DNA of 64,000 nucleotides from Clostridia bacterium (GTDB taxonomy: Bacteria > Bacillota > Clostridia > TANB77 > CAG-508): the NCBI GenBank assembly GCA_022792395.1, contig JAAWAX010000014.1, positions 81 to 64,080 on the forward strand. Direction: 5' to 3'. The position numbers were made by a program, and so were the translations under genes. This document shows positions 18,506-28,697 of the stretch, one piece after another; the stretch's first letter is position 1; each line of letters begins with the position of its first letter. The notes under the pieces were generated by a model. That model was not told where the DNA came from and did no database searches. It worked only from the letters and a program-made list of their open reading frames with translations.

Positions 18506-18892
18506 ATGTCATTAATTAGATGTCCTGAATGTCAAAAAGAAGTATCAGATAAAGCAGAAAACTGTGTTCATTGTGGGTATCCTATAAAAGCACCAGATTT
18601 TATTGTTAAGTTTAAAACACCTACATCACCAAATACTATTGTTAGGCTTAAATATACTTTTTATGATGATTCAACAAAACAAGTTTTAGCCAAAGCAGAA
18701 CAAGGAGAAATAGTTTCGTTAAAAATTGAAAAGCCAACAATTATTAGGGTTCATCTAGGTAGAGGATTTAAAGATGCAATATTAAAATATGAGCCTCATC
18801 AAGGTGCTAAATATTGTATTTTACAGAGAAATACTATTTTAAAAGCTAAAATTTTTATTCAAGAAGTAGACTTTTTTGATAGTGACAATTAA
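18506..18892 (+). CDS. Zinc-ribbon protein (accessory/moron)
   Basis: SD ggagggg. N-terminal CPECQKEVSDKAENCVHCGYPI. Confidence 0.5.
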   Translation: MSLIRCPECQKEVSDKAENCVHCGYPIKAPDFIVKFKTPTSPNTIVRLKYTFYDDSTKQVLAKAEQGEIVSLKIEKPTIIRVHLGRGFKDAILKYEPHQGAKYCILQRNTILKAKIFIQEVDFFDSDN

Positions 18893-18992
18893 TAAGAAAA
18901 AGATTATATAAAAAATAATTAAATATTTTAATTATGGCATCAGATTAAGTATCTGATGCTTTTAACATAATTGAAAGGAGGAAAGAAAATAT

Positions 18993-20969
18993 ATGGCAGT
19001 GGAGCAATTAGAAATTATTGTAACTGCAAAAGTTGAAGGAGCAGTAAGAGAAGTAATAAAATTGGTACCTCAAATAAAACAAACTATGAAACAAGTACAA
19101 GAAGTGTTATCAAAAGTAGATACAAAATCAATGCAAAATAAATTTCAACAAGCAGTACAATTTATAAAAAAGAAAATGCAACATTTAAAGGAAAATATAC
19201 AAAATAATGAAATTGTAATAAAAGTAAATAATAAAGATGCACAAAAGCAAATAAGTCAAATTCAAAAGCAAATAGATAGTTTGCAAGAAAAAATAAATGC
19301 AAGGCAAATCAAACTAAATATCATAGCATCAAGAATAGATGAGATAATAGAGAAAACAACAAAAGAAGTGATGACAAATGGAGGGAATTCAAAGAATCCA
19401 GAAACACAAAAAACAATCAATAGTAATTTATTGCAAAACAAGGAATATTCCAGTCCGATTCCACAAGAAATAACGATGTATAATGAACAATTAAGTGAAG
19501 CTAAAAATAAGATATCTCAATTAAAGCAAGAGATAACTAAAACAGTAACAGTCAAAGTAGACAAAAATGGAGATATTATTGTTCAAAATCTTGCAAATGC
19601 GTTTAATAATTTATTAGGTGCAATTAATAATGTAGTACAAAGTGAAGGTTTTCAATCTTGGTTAAAATGGTGTTCAGATATGTTTAGAGAAATAACAGAA
19701 AAAATAGTTTCAATAGATTGGCAACCATTTATTAATGGATTAACACAAATAGGAACAACAATAGGAAGTATAGCATTAGAAGTGTTAAGTAATTTAGTAG
19801 ATATTTTTAAGTGGTTAATAGAAAATCAATCTGTAGCTGAAATATTATTGGCAATAGCAATAGCAATAGGAATAGTGAGTACAGTTTTAGGAGTTTTATC
19901 TGCTGTAATGACTGTTTTGACACCAATATCAACTGCACTTGGAATAAGTATAGGTTGGCTTGTCGTTATTATAGTTGGAATAATTGCAGTTATAACTTTA
20001 ATAGTATTAGCAATAATGAATTGGGATATCATAATGAAAGCTTTGGCTGATACATGGAACTGGATATGTGAAGTTGTTTCAAATGTCGTAAATGCAATAG
20101 TAGTATTTATTCAAGAGTTATGGAATAATGTATCATTTATATTTGAAGCAATATGGGAAGTGATTTCAACTATTTTAGGATTTATTTGGAATATGTTTAT
20201 GACAGTGTTTGAAGCTATATGGAATATTGTTTCACCAATATTAAATGCAATATGGCAAATAATATCCACAATTTTTCAAGCTATATGGAATATAATATCT
20301 TCAATATTAGGTTCAATTTGGAATGTTTTTTCTCAAGTATTTAATTGGATTTGGGAATTGACTTCTAAAATTTTTCAAGGAATATGGAATGTTATTTCTC
20401 CAATTATAACAGCAATATGGGAAGGAATAAAAACAGCATTAAGTGGTATCCAACAAGTATGGTCGACTATATGGAATACTGTTTCAAACGTAGTACGAAA
20501 TGTTTGGAATGGAATATGGAGTTGCATAAAAGGAGTTATAAATACTATTTTAGGAGGAATTGAAGGTTTTGTAAATGGAGTTATAAAAGGTATTAACTTT
20601 TTACTTAGTGGAATAAGTAGTATAGCAAATGCAGTAGGTTCTTTAATTGGATTAAGTCCAATTAATTTAAAAATAAATACCATTTCTTTACCACGATTAG
20701 CTAAAGGTGGAGTACTAACAAAAGCAACAGCAGTAATAGCAGGAGAATATAGTGGAGCAAGTACAAACCCAGAAATTGTAACACCACAAAATATAATGGA
20801 AGAAACATTTGACAAGGTAATGTCAAGGTATCAAGGAAATAATAATGAAAAACCAATCTATCTAACAGTAAACGTAAGTAATAAAAAACTAGGACACATA
20901 CTATTAGATGATTTAAGAGATATGAAAAGGCAAACTGGAAACGGTTTAGAAGCATTAGTAGGAGGATAG
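18993..20969 (+). CDS. Tail tape measure protein
   Basis: 658 aa with an N-terminal coiled coil, TM segments and a long series of Trp-periodic repeats (..AIWNIVSPILNAIWQIISTIFQAIWNIISSILGSIWNVF..). Confidence 0.8.
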   Translation: MAVEQLEIIVTAKVEGAVREVIKLVPQIKQTMKQVQEVLSKVDTKSMQNKFQQAVQFIKKKMQHLKENIQNNEIVIKVNNKDAQKQISQIQKQIDSLQEKINARQIKLNIIASRIDEIIEKTTKEVMTNGGNSKNPETQKTINSNLLQNKEYSSPIPQEITMYNEQLSEAKNKISQLKQEITKTVTVKVDKNGDIIVQNLANAFNNLLGAINNVVQSEGFQSWLKWCSDMFREITEKIVSIDWQPFINGLTQIGTTIGSIALEVLSNLVDIFKWLIENQSVAEILLAIAIAIGIVSTVLGVLSAVMTVLTPISTALGISIGWLVVIIVGIIAVITLIVLAIMNWDIIMKALADTWNWICEVVSNVVNAIVVFIQELWNNVSFIFEAIWEVISTILGFIWNMFMTVFEAIWNIVSPILNAIWQIISTIFQAIWNIISSILGSIWNVFSQVFNWIWELTSKIFQGIWNVISPIITAIWEGIKTALSGIQQVWSTIWNTVSNVVRNVWNGIWSCIKGVINTILGGIEGFVNGVIKGINFLLSGISSIANAVGSLIGLSPINLKINTISLPRLAKGGVLTKATAVIAGEYSGASTNPEIVTPQNIMEETFDKVMSRYQGNNNEKPIYLTVNVSNKKLGHILLDDLRDMKRQTGNGLEALVGG

Positions 20970-20974
20970 AAGTT

Positions 20975-21370
20975 ATGCTATGGAAATTAAATGGAAAAAC
21001 AATGAAAACACCATCAAGCTATAAAGATGATATAGAAGATTTAGACAATGACAGTTACACAAGTAAAGTAACAGGAGCATTAATAGATAATGTAGTAGTA
21101 CAAGGAATGTTAAAACTAGAAATGGCATGGGATTATTGTACAGAAGAAGAAGCAGAAGAACTATTACAAGCAACGTATCAAAATCCAATGATGATAACTG
21201 TAAAATGTCCAAGTGTAAGGGGTGGTATGATTACTGCTCCTTTTCGTGTATCTAAAAGAACTAGCGAAATGCACTTAACTGGTAATGATGAAGACAGTTC
21301 CAAATCAAGATGGAAAGTGTCTTTTAATTTAATGCAAAAATCAATGGTAGAAAGTCAAAAGGGAGGATAA
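20975..21370 (+). CDS. Tail component following the tape measure (function unknown)
   Basis: Called from position only; 131 aa. Confidence 0.4.
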   Translation: MLWKLNGKTMKTPSSYKDDIEDLDNDSYTSKVTGALIDNVVVQGMLKLEMAWDYCTEEEAEELLQATYQNPMMITVKCPSVRGGMITAPFRVSKRTSEMHLTGNDEDSSKSRWKVSFNLMQKSMVESQKGG

Positions 21371-21371
21371 T

Positions 21372-22676
21372 ATGTATCAAACAAGTGATAATTATAAACA
21401 ACTTGTATATGCAGATAGTACAAGGCATCTTCTTAATATTTACATAGAAGGAGAAAAAGTAAATCCAGACCATATATTTGATTTTAAAGTTTCTCATACC
21501 TTATTTTCTAATGATGAATTTTCTTTAGGAAGTGTAACAGCGAAAACAATTGAAATGAGAATCTATAAAAACTCTTTGCCAGATACTTATAATAGCTTCT
21601 ACATAGAAACTGGAATAAATAATGAAATTGTACCAATTGGATACTGTTTATTAGATAGCATAGAAAAAAATGATGATGATACGATAACTATTAAAGCAAT
21701 CGATTATATGGTCAAATTTGAATTTAACTATGATGGAAGTAGCTTAAATTATCCAGCAACTATGTTAGAAGTTTTACAAGATTTATGTTTAAAAGCAGAA
21801 GTAGAATTAGGTTCTACTTCTTTTTTAAATTCGAATAAACAAATAGCAGTATATGACAATACAGTATCTGCAAGAGAATATTTAAGTTATATAGCAGAGC
21901 AAGCTGGTGGATTTGCTTGTATTGGTAGAGATGGAAAACTATATATAAGAACAATAGGTCAAAATGTAGCAGAAATAAATATTGAATTGTTTCAAAATTA
22001 TACTTGGGGTGAATTATTCAAAATTAGTTGTATAGCCTATGAAAATGGAGTACAAGATTTTAAATTTGGTAATAAAACCAATAATACAGTATGGATTAAT
22101 CCAGATAATATGTACATTGTAGAGAGTGAACAAGTAGAAAACATATATAACCAATTAAATAATCTTGAGTGTTACAGTTTTGAAGGAACCACAATCATAG
22201 ACCCAGCTTTAGACATAGGAGACATTGTTAGTATAGATAATAAAAAAGTAATCTATCAAGGAGATATGGAGTATGTAAGCAAATTTAAAACATCAATATC
22301 AAGTAAAATACAAGCAAAATCAAAAGAAGAAACAACTAGAACAGTAGTATCTGATAAAACGAAAATAAGGCGTGTACAAAGTGAAATAAATCAGTTAGAT
22401 GGAAAAATAACACAATTAGTCCAAGAAACTGGAGAATATGATGAAAAAATAAGTAAAGTAGAACAAGATTTAGATAGTATAAAACAAACAGTTGAAGCTG
22501 GATATGATTTTACAAGAGAAGTTGAAGGTATAACAGAAATTTATTTGGAGAATGCAATTAAAGGGGAGCCATTAAATTTACAAATAAAAGGAAACAAAGA
22601 ATATAAAAGTGATTTATTTCCAATGGAAGAATTATATCCAGAAGCAGAATTGAAACCTAATCAGGAGGTAGAGTAA
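21372..22676 (+). CDS. Tail tip / tail-associated structural protein
   Basis: 434 aa at the Tal/endopeptidase-tail position, with a C-terminal coiled coil. Confidence 0.5.
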   Translation: MYQTSDNYKQLVYADSTRHLLNIYIEGEKVNPDHIFDFKVSHTLFSNDEFSLGSVTAKTIEMRIYKNSLPDTYNSFYIETGINNEIVPIGYCLLDSIEKNDDDTITIKAIDYMVKFEFNYDGSSLNYPATMLEVLQDLCLKAEVELGSTSFLNSNKQIAVYDNTVSAREYLSYIAEQAGGFACIGRDGKLYIRTIGQNVAEINIELFQNYTWGELFKISCIAYENGVQDFKFGNKTNNTVWINPDNMYIVESEQVENIYNQLNNLECYSFEGTTIIDPALDIGDIVSIDNKKVIYQGDMEYVSKFKTSISSKIQAKSKEETTRTVVSDKTKIRRVQSEINQLDGKITQLVQETGEYDEKISKVEQDLDSIKQTVEAGYDFTREVEGITEIYLENAIKGEPLNLQIKGNKEYKSDLFPMEELYPEAELKPNQEVE

Positions 22677-24229
22677 TGCAATATAAAATTATAGTAGATA
22701 AACAAAGTAGAGTAAACCCATCGGGAGAGCAACGAGAATACTTAATAGACATAGAGGAATTAAGAGTAAAAGATAATATATATGATTCGCTTATCGTGAA
22801 TCCAGATAGAGCTTATATAGAAAGAAAATTACAGTTGAGTAAGTATAAGGTTTTAACCGAATTAGAAACTCCTATAATAGAAGAATTAGGAGATTTGGAC
22901 ATAGAATTATTTGAAAAGGAAAACTATATTTATTTAATAGATATGGAAGGCAACAAGTTTTATGCTGAATATGTAATTAAAAATGATTTTACAGATACTT
23001 TTGTAACAAGTATAGAAATGAATACAGCAATTAACCAAACAGCACAAGATATTATGCTTTCAGTAAATAAAAAAGTTAATGGAGAAGATTTTGGAACATA
23101 TATACAACAAAATGCAGAAGCTATAAAAATTGCTTGGAATCAAATATCAGACTTTATACAATTAATGATATTAAATGACAATGTTAGTTTTGCAATATTG
23201 GATAAAGACAAAAATGTAATAATGTCATTAGATAAACAAGGTCAACATTTTTACAAAGAAGATGGTGTTAGTGTATTTGGAGAAATTGGTGTAAAAACAA
23301 TTGAAGAACAAGACACAAATGGAAATAGCATTAAAAGTAGGTATATTAATTTTTCAGTAGATGGGGAGTATGAAAAGCAAATCAATGAAGGTATGGCATG
23401 GGGAATAACAACAAAAACAGACAATAAATTTCACCCAATATTCTACATTAGAAATTTTGCTATGGGTGAAAAAAATAGTGATGCATCTTATGGAGAATTA
23501 GAATTGAGTTCTTGTAATTTAGTATTGAATGGTTTTGGAACTGGAATAAAAACGGGTGGTGTTTTAATATATGGTGATCCAGGAGAAGTAGAAGGTGTAA
23601 CTTTCTGGGACATAAATAACAATAGGAAACTATTAAGTATTAGTCCAGATAATTTTAATGATTATGCTAATATAGATATATTAGATAATATTAGTTTTTA
23701 TAGAAATCAAGCTGGAAGTAATAGTTTTAAAATAGGGGATGGAGAAAATAATTATTGTTTATTTACAGATAAGGGAAGTGCAGATATTTGGGAAGTACGA
23801 ATTTGGAATGAATTATATTGTAAAGGAATAGTATCAGTTAGTGGACATATTTATTGCAATAATGGAGTAGAACCATTTTCATTAGCAGAAAAAAAGAAAG
23901 ATATTGAAAAATATAATAATAAAGCTATAAATGAAATAAAAAATACAGATATTTATTATTATAATTATAAAGAAGATGAAGAAAATTGCAAAAGAAGAGT
24001 AGGGGCAATTATAGGAGAAAACTATAATTGTTCAAAAGAGATAATTGGAACAGAAGGAAAAGGAATTGATATTTATTCAATGTTATCAATATCTTATAAA
24101 GCAATACAAGAACAACAAGAACAAATAGAAGAATTACAAGAAAAAGATAAACAGAAAGAGGAAATAATACAAAATTTAATATCAAGAATAGAAACACTTG
24201 AAAAGGAGGTCTTAAATGGAAAAAATTAA
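22676..24229 (+). CDS. Tail fibre/spike with a C-terminal intramolecular chaperone (peptidase S74-type) domain
   Basis: The C-terminal pattern ..SLAEKKKDIEKYNNKAINEIKNTDIYYYNYKED..RRVGAIIGEN...GIDIYSMLSISYKAIQEQQEQIEELQ is typical of the auto-cleaving chaperone domain. Confidence 0.6.
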   Translation: MQYKIIVDKQSRVNPSGEQREYLIDIEELRVKDNIYDSLIVNPDRAYIERKLQLSKYKVLTELETPIIEELGDLDIELFEKENYIYLIDMEGNKFYAEYVIKNDFTDTFVTSIEMNTAINQTAQDIMLSVNKKVNGEDFGTYIQQNAEAIKIAWNQISDFIQLMILNDNVSFAILDKDKNVIMSLDKQGQHFYKEDGVSVFGEIGVKTIEEQDTNGNSIKSRYINFSVDGEYEKQINEGMAWGITTKTDNKFHPIFYIRNFAMGEKNSDASYGELELSSCNLVLNGFGTGIKTGGVLIYGDPGEVEGVTFWDINNNRKLLSISPDNFNDYANIDILDNISFYRNQAGSNSFKIGDGENNYCLFTDKGSADIWEVRIWNELYCKGIVSVSGHIYCNNGVEPFSLAEKKKDIEKYNNKAINEIKNTDIYYYNYKEDEENCKRRVGAIIGENYNCSKEIIGTEGKGIDIYSMLSISYKAIQEQQEQIEELQEKDKQKEEIIQNLISRIETLEKEVLNGKN

Positions 24230-25502
24230 TTTTGAAGATGGACAATTAGAAGAAAGTGCATATGTAACAATAAATGGGGTTAAACACAATGTAGTGAAAG
24301 CTAAATATACTGGTAGCACACCACTTTCGGCATTTGTTCTAAATAAAATGCAAGAAAACATAGAAAAAGCAATAGAAGAAAAATCTTCACTTCCAGAAGG
24401 AGGAACAATAGGACAAGTATTAGCAAAAGCGAGCAACGAAGACAATGATGTTGAATGGATAGAACAGACTGGTGGTGGAAATATAACAGGAGACACACTA
24501 CCAATTGGAGCAACAATAGAGTGGCATTCTGACATAATACCAGAAAATTGGTTATTGTGTGATGGACAAGCAGTAAGTCGAATTGATTATTCAGAATTAT
24601 TCAAAGTATTAGGAACAAAATATGGAACTGGGAATGGAAGTACCACTTTTAACTTACCAAATTTAAAAGGGAAAGTAGCAGTTGGAAAAGATGAAAATGA
24701 TAGTGATTTTAATGCACTAGGAAAAAATGGAGGAGAAAAAGAACATACATTAACAATAAAAGAAATGCCAAAGCATAATCATAATTATATTGACAACAAT
24801 TCGAATAGATTTAATGTAATAGCGGGAATGAGACAAGGTGGAAGCAACGAGATAAATCAAGGAGGCGGAGGAAAAACATATGATTATTTTTATGTGGACT
24901 ATGCAGGCAATGGACAACCACATAACAATCTACAACCATACATAGCTTGTAACTTTATCATAAAAGCAAAACAAAGTTCTGGATTAGTAGCAACAGTAGT
25001 AGATAATTTGGAAAGCACAAGTGAAACAGATGCACTATCAGCAAAGCAAGGAAAGATTTTAAAGGAAATGATGCAAAGGCACATTATAACTGCAAAAGGG
25101 AAAACTGGCACTACTCTATCTGCTACATCAAGTGGAATTAAAGTTAGTTTGACAGAAGCAACACAAGTAGGAACAAAATTAACACTATCAAACGGAGGAA
25201 TAAAAATAGGTACTGGGGTGAAAAAAATATCAATAACAGCAACAACTGTATTTGTAAATGGTTCTACTGGTTCACATGCTTTGAGGATATGCAAAAACAA
25301 TAATACATCAGAAGATAATTTGTTAGCAAGAACCATGCTGAATACAGTAAATGGTACAGATGTTCAAGAACCTTTAAACATCGTAAGGAGAATTGTAGAT
25401 AATGCATCTGAAGGAGATATTATTTATATGTATGTTACTAGTAATCCCGCCAATGAAGTTTCTGCCCCACTATCAATGTTGACAGTAGAAGTAGTAGAGT
25501 AA
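24216..25502 (+). CDS. Receptor-binding tail fibre with a phage tail-collar domain
   Basis: ..WLLCDGQAVSRIDYSELFKVLGTKYGTGNGSTTFNLPNLKGKVAVG..EHTLTIKEMPKHNH matches the collar-domain signature. Confidence 0.65.
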   Translation: MEKINFEDGQLEESAYVTINGVKHNVVKAKYTGSTPLSAFVLNKMQENIEKAIEEKSSLPEGGTIGQVLAKASNEDNDVEWIEQTGGGNITGDTLPIGATIEWHSDIIPENWLLCDGQAVSRIDYSELFKVLGTKYGTGNGSTTFNLPNLKGKVAVGKDENDSDFNALGKNGGEKEHTLTIKEMPKHNHNYIDNNSNRFNVIAGMRQGGSNEINQGGGGKTYDYFYVDYAGNGQPHNNLQPYIACNFIIKAKQSSGLVATVVDNLESTSETDALSAKQGKILKEMMQRHIITAKGKTGTTLSATSSGIKVSLTEATQVGTKLTLSNGGIKIGTGVKKISITATTVFVNGSTGSHALRICKNNNTSEDNLLARTMLNTVNGTDVQEPLNIVRRIVDNASEGDIIYMYVTSNPANEVSAPLSMLTVEVVE

Positions 25503-25515
25503 AAGGAGAAAAACA

Positions 25516-25731
25516 ATGGATAATACAGTAATCGTAGCAATAATAAGTTTTATCGGCACATGTTTAGGAACAATAGGAGGAATTATAGCAAGTTCTAAAT
25601 TAACTAATTATAGACTTTCTGAATTAGAAGAAAAAGTAAAAAAGCATAACAATATTATAGAAAGAACTTATAAACTAGAAGGACAAGTTGTAGAAATACA
25701 ACATGATATTAAAGAGTTGAAAAAGATATAA
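25516..25731 (+). CDS. Small membrane protein with an N-terminal TM helix and a coiled-coil tail (holin-like / lysis accessory)
   Basis: TM VIVAIISFIGTCLGTIGGIIA. It lies between the fibre and endolysin genes. Confidence 0.4.
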   Translation: MDNTVIVAIISFIGTCLGTIGGIIASSKLTNYRLSELEEKVKKHNNIIERTYKLEGQVVEIQHDIKELKKI

Positions 25732-25939
25732 ATTTATATATACAGTATTTTTAATATAATTATACATAATAGAATTTAAGTATAGGAGAACAATATGAGG
25801 TGGAAAGAAAAAAAGCCAAACAACAAAAAGAAAATATCTATTTTTGAAGATGGAAAGTGGAAGCAAGTAAGTGTCCAAAATTCCAATTACGAATAGAAAA
25901 ATGGGAGTATATAAAAAAACCAAGTAGGTAGTAAAAGAG

Positions 25940-25969
25940 ATAGATGCTGTAAAAAGCATCTATTTTTTT
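25940..25969 (+). terminator. Hairpin terminator upstream of the endolysin gene
   Basis: atagatgct/agcatctat, 9-bp stem, T7. Confidence 0.55.
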
Positions 25970-25985
25970 AAGGAGATAGATAAAA

Positions 25986-27474
25986 ATGAAAAATAAGAAA
26001 TTTGAAATCATTGTAGCAACAGTTATGATAATTTTTATTGTGGTTATGGTATTTACATTTAGTGATGATAAGAATTTACAAAAAGAAGTAATAGAGAAAG
26101 TTACAGACGTGGAAATATATGAGATGTCAGAAGAAGCAGTAAAAGAATTACCAACTACAGAGATTATAGAACAGACAGAAGAACAAGAAAAAGAAGTGTC
26201 AGAAGAACAAGAAGTAGAAAGCGAAGAATTTAAATTACAAGGAGAAGTTGCATACAACGGAACAACTGAATATCCTAATGTAAGTTTAGGAAATTATATA
26301 GAGCTAACATATTATAGCCAAATAGACCAAAGATGGGCTAATAAGATGTATTCTAGCATAGGGAATTCTACACAAACAATAGGAACGAGTGGGTGCCGGA
26401 CCAACTTCGGCGGCAATGATTGTAACAGCAACAAAAGGTGCAATTACACCAGATCAAATGGCTAACTTGTTTGTAAATTATGGCTATAGAACAGCAAATA
26501 ATGGTACATATTTAAGTGCATTTAGATTTGTAGCAGATACATTTAATATAGAATATCAAGAGACCTATCAACTAGATACAGCAGTAGAATTATTAAGAAA
26601 TAACAATTACTTAATAGTATCAGTAAATAACGGATTATTTACAACTGGTGGACACTTAATGGCTATTGTAGGAATAGATGGAGATATGCTAAAGATATAT
26701 GACCCATATTTGTATGCTGGAAAATTTGAAACAGCAACAAGGCGTGGGAAAGTGACAGTAGAGGGGAATACGGTATATTGTAGCATAGAAAACTTCAGAA
26801 ATTATGCTAATTATAACGGATTCTATGCCTATAAACATAGCGAAAATGTAACAGTAAATAATACAACAGTTACAACATCTACATATACAAGATATGTAAG
26901 TGCTAAAACTGGATTAAACGTAAGAAATGCTCCAAATGGTGCAATAATTGGAGGACTAAGCTATGGAACAGCAGTAACAGTATATGAAACAAGTGGAAAT
27001 TGGAGTAGAGTGGCACAAGGCTGGGTAAGTTCTTCCTATTTATCAACTAGTTCTATATCTAATACAACAACTACAAGTACAATAGGAACATTGTATAGAT
27101 TAAAAAACTTATCTTATATATATTCTAATTTAAATTTAACTGGTACAAAATATACATATTTAGCACAAACACAAATAAAAGTATTGTCAAATGCATCAAG
27201 TACAGTAGATTATATTCAAGTTGTCAAAACTGGCAGACAAGGATATGTAAATAAATCAAATTATAGCACAAGTGTTGCAAGTAGCACAATAGGACAATAT
27301 AAAAGATTAGCAACAACAACTATATTGTATAGTAATAGTAATTTAAGCGGAACTAAATACACATATTTGCCTTTGACACAAGTTAAGATTATAAAAAATG
27401 TGTCTTCTAATGTAGACTATGTGTATGTTGTAAAAACTGGTAGATATGGGTATGTAAATTCTAATATTTATTAA
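25986..27474 (+). CDS. Endolysin: N-terminal signal-anchor + papain-like (C39-like) cysteine peptidase + SH3-type wall-binding repeats; needs a +1 shift at the in-frame CGG at 26397
   Basis: SD aaggag. Reading 25986-26396 then 26398-27474 gives ..QTIGTSGC-G-PTSAAMIVTATKG.., so the catalytic Cys is immediately before the break. An SH3_3-like YTRYVSAKTGLNVRNAPNG is followed by two ~65-aa repeats (TIG.LYRL..YVNKSNY / TIGQYKRL..YVNSNIY). Confidence 0.7.
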
Positions 27475-27550
27475 AAAATATGGAGTCGACAAATTTCAAC
27501 ACAAAAGGTTAACATAATGCGATATGATATATAAAAAGGAGATGGTTGAT

Positions 27551-27727
27551 ATGAAAGAATATTATTTAAAATCCCTAAAAATGATAAAAATGCTGAACAT
27601 AAGAACAGTAAGAGAATACAACAATTTATTAGAAAATTATTTAATACTAAATGTGGAAAGTGTAAAGTATATAAGTCAAACAAGGAGATTTAATGAAATA
27701 GTTAAGTTAGCAAAAGAAGTCATATAG
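27551..27727 (+). CDS. Small hypothetical protein after the endolysin
   Basis: SD aaggag 9 nt before ATG 27551. Confidence 0.4.
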   Translation: MKEYYLKSLKMIKMLNIRTVREYNNLLENYLILNVESVKYISQTRRFNEIVKLAKEVI

Positions 27728-28019
27728 GCTTCTTTTTTATTCGACAAAAAAATATAAAATAAACAAAAAAAATAGAAAAAAACAATTGACTTTTTTTTAA
27801 ATTATAGATATCATATATAAGTGATTACATTTTTTAGGATAAATTACATATTTTAGGTAAAATACAAAAATAGACAAAGAGAAAGATAACCTCTAACAAA
27901 AACCATCTTTCTCTTTAACAACAATATACTTAAAAAAGTATATCTATTATTAGTATACTGCTTTTTTAAGTGATTGTCAAATTTTGACAGATGAAAAATA
28001 AAAGAAAGGAGTATACTAT

Positions 28020-28334
28020 ATGAAAAATGAAGTATTAAAAAAAGTAAAAAAATATAGAGGAAAGGTATTTACAAAAAAGAAAGTTAGTAATAAAATAAGG
28101 AAGAATTATAATCCCTTGAAAGTGAATAATAAATTATTTCACAAAAGAAGGGATGGATTACCTAATATGAAAAATAAAGAATTAGAAAATAATGACTTAA
28201 ATCTAAAAAAAATTATGAATATGAGAATTTTGAAAAATGCCAATTTATTTTCAGAGGAGGAAATGTTGATTATAAAAAACAATAGTACATTAATACAAAA
28301 AATATATATGTTAGGTATTTTAGATAATATATAA
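28020..28334 (+). CDS. Basic 104-aa hypothetical protein at the right end of the element
   Basis: SD aaaggag. The upstream region has two 15-bp direct repeats (ATTACAT.TTTTAGG) and several palindromes. Confidence 0.45.
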   Translation: MKNEVLKKVKKYRGKVFTKKKVSNKIRKNYNPLKVNNKLFHKRRDGLPNMKNKELENNDLNLKKIMNMRILKNANLFSEEEMLIIKNNSTLIQKIYMLGILDNI

Positions 28335-28477
28335 ATTAATGCAATTTTTAATGCAATGTCAAAGAAAAGTTATAAAAAAAGAGATAAAATTAAATAAAAT
28401 AGAAAAATGGAAAAGTGCGTAAAAGCAGTTAAGATAGCGAAAAAAGGAAATGAGGAGAAAATGTAAAAATAATTTAA

Positions 28478-28497
28478 CTCCTCATCTCCGCCAAAAA
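28478..28497 (+). repeat. attR-type direct repeat of the ssrA 3' end
   Basis: CTCCTCATCTCCgCCAAAAA compared with 10388-10407. Confidence 0.7.
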
Positions 28498-28541
28498 ATA
28501 TTTGAAACTATTATATGATTTGTTTTTGCGATAAATTAAAT

Positions 28542-28615
<74 letters not shown>

Positions 28616-28697
28616 TTGAAAGCAAAAGGGTTTAGCGGTTTAATGTATTTTGAATTTGACTAGTTAGCGTAATTTTAGCGTAATTACAAGTGAAAAA

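Larger units (their letters stand above)
10404..28497. mobile_element. ssrA-integrated phage-derived element with immunity, late-regulator, tail and lysis modules only (defective prophage or tailocin-like locus)
   Basis: It is bounded by 20-bp direct repeats of the tmRNA 3' end. No integrase, terminase, portal or capsid genes are present, and only short remnants lie at 13560-14215. Confidence 0.7.

Noticed and set aside
28616-28697. Defining the prophage-2 attL core at the tRNA-Gly 3' end
   Set aside because: The matching attR would lie beyond 64000, so no direct repeat can be verified inside this window. Whether the tRNA is host-derived or phage-derived at its 3' end remains open.
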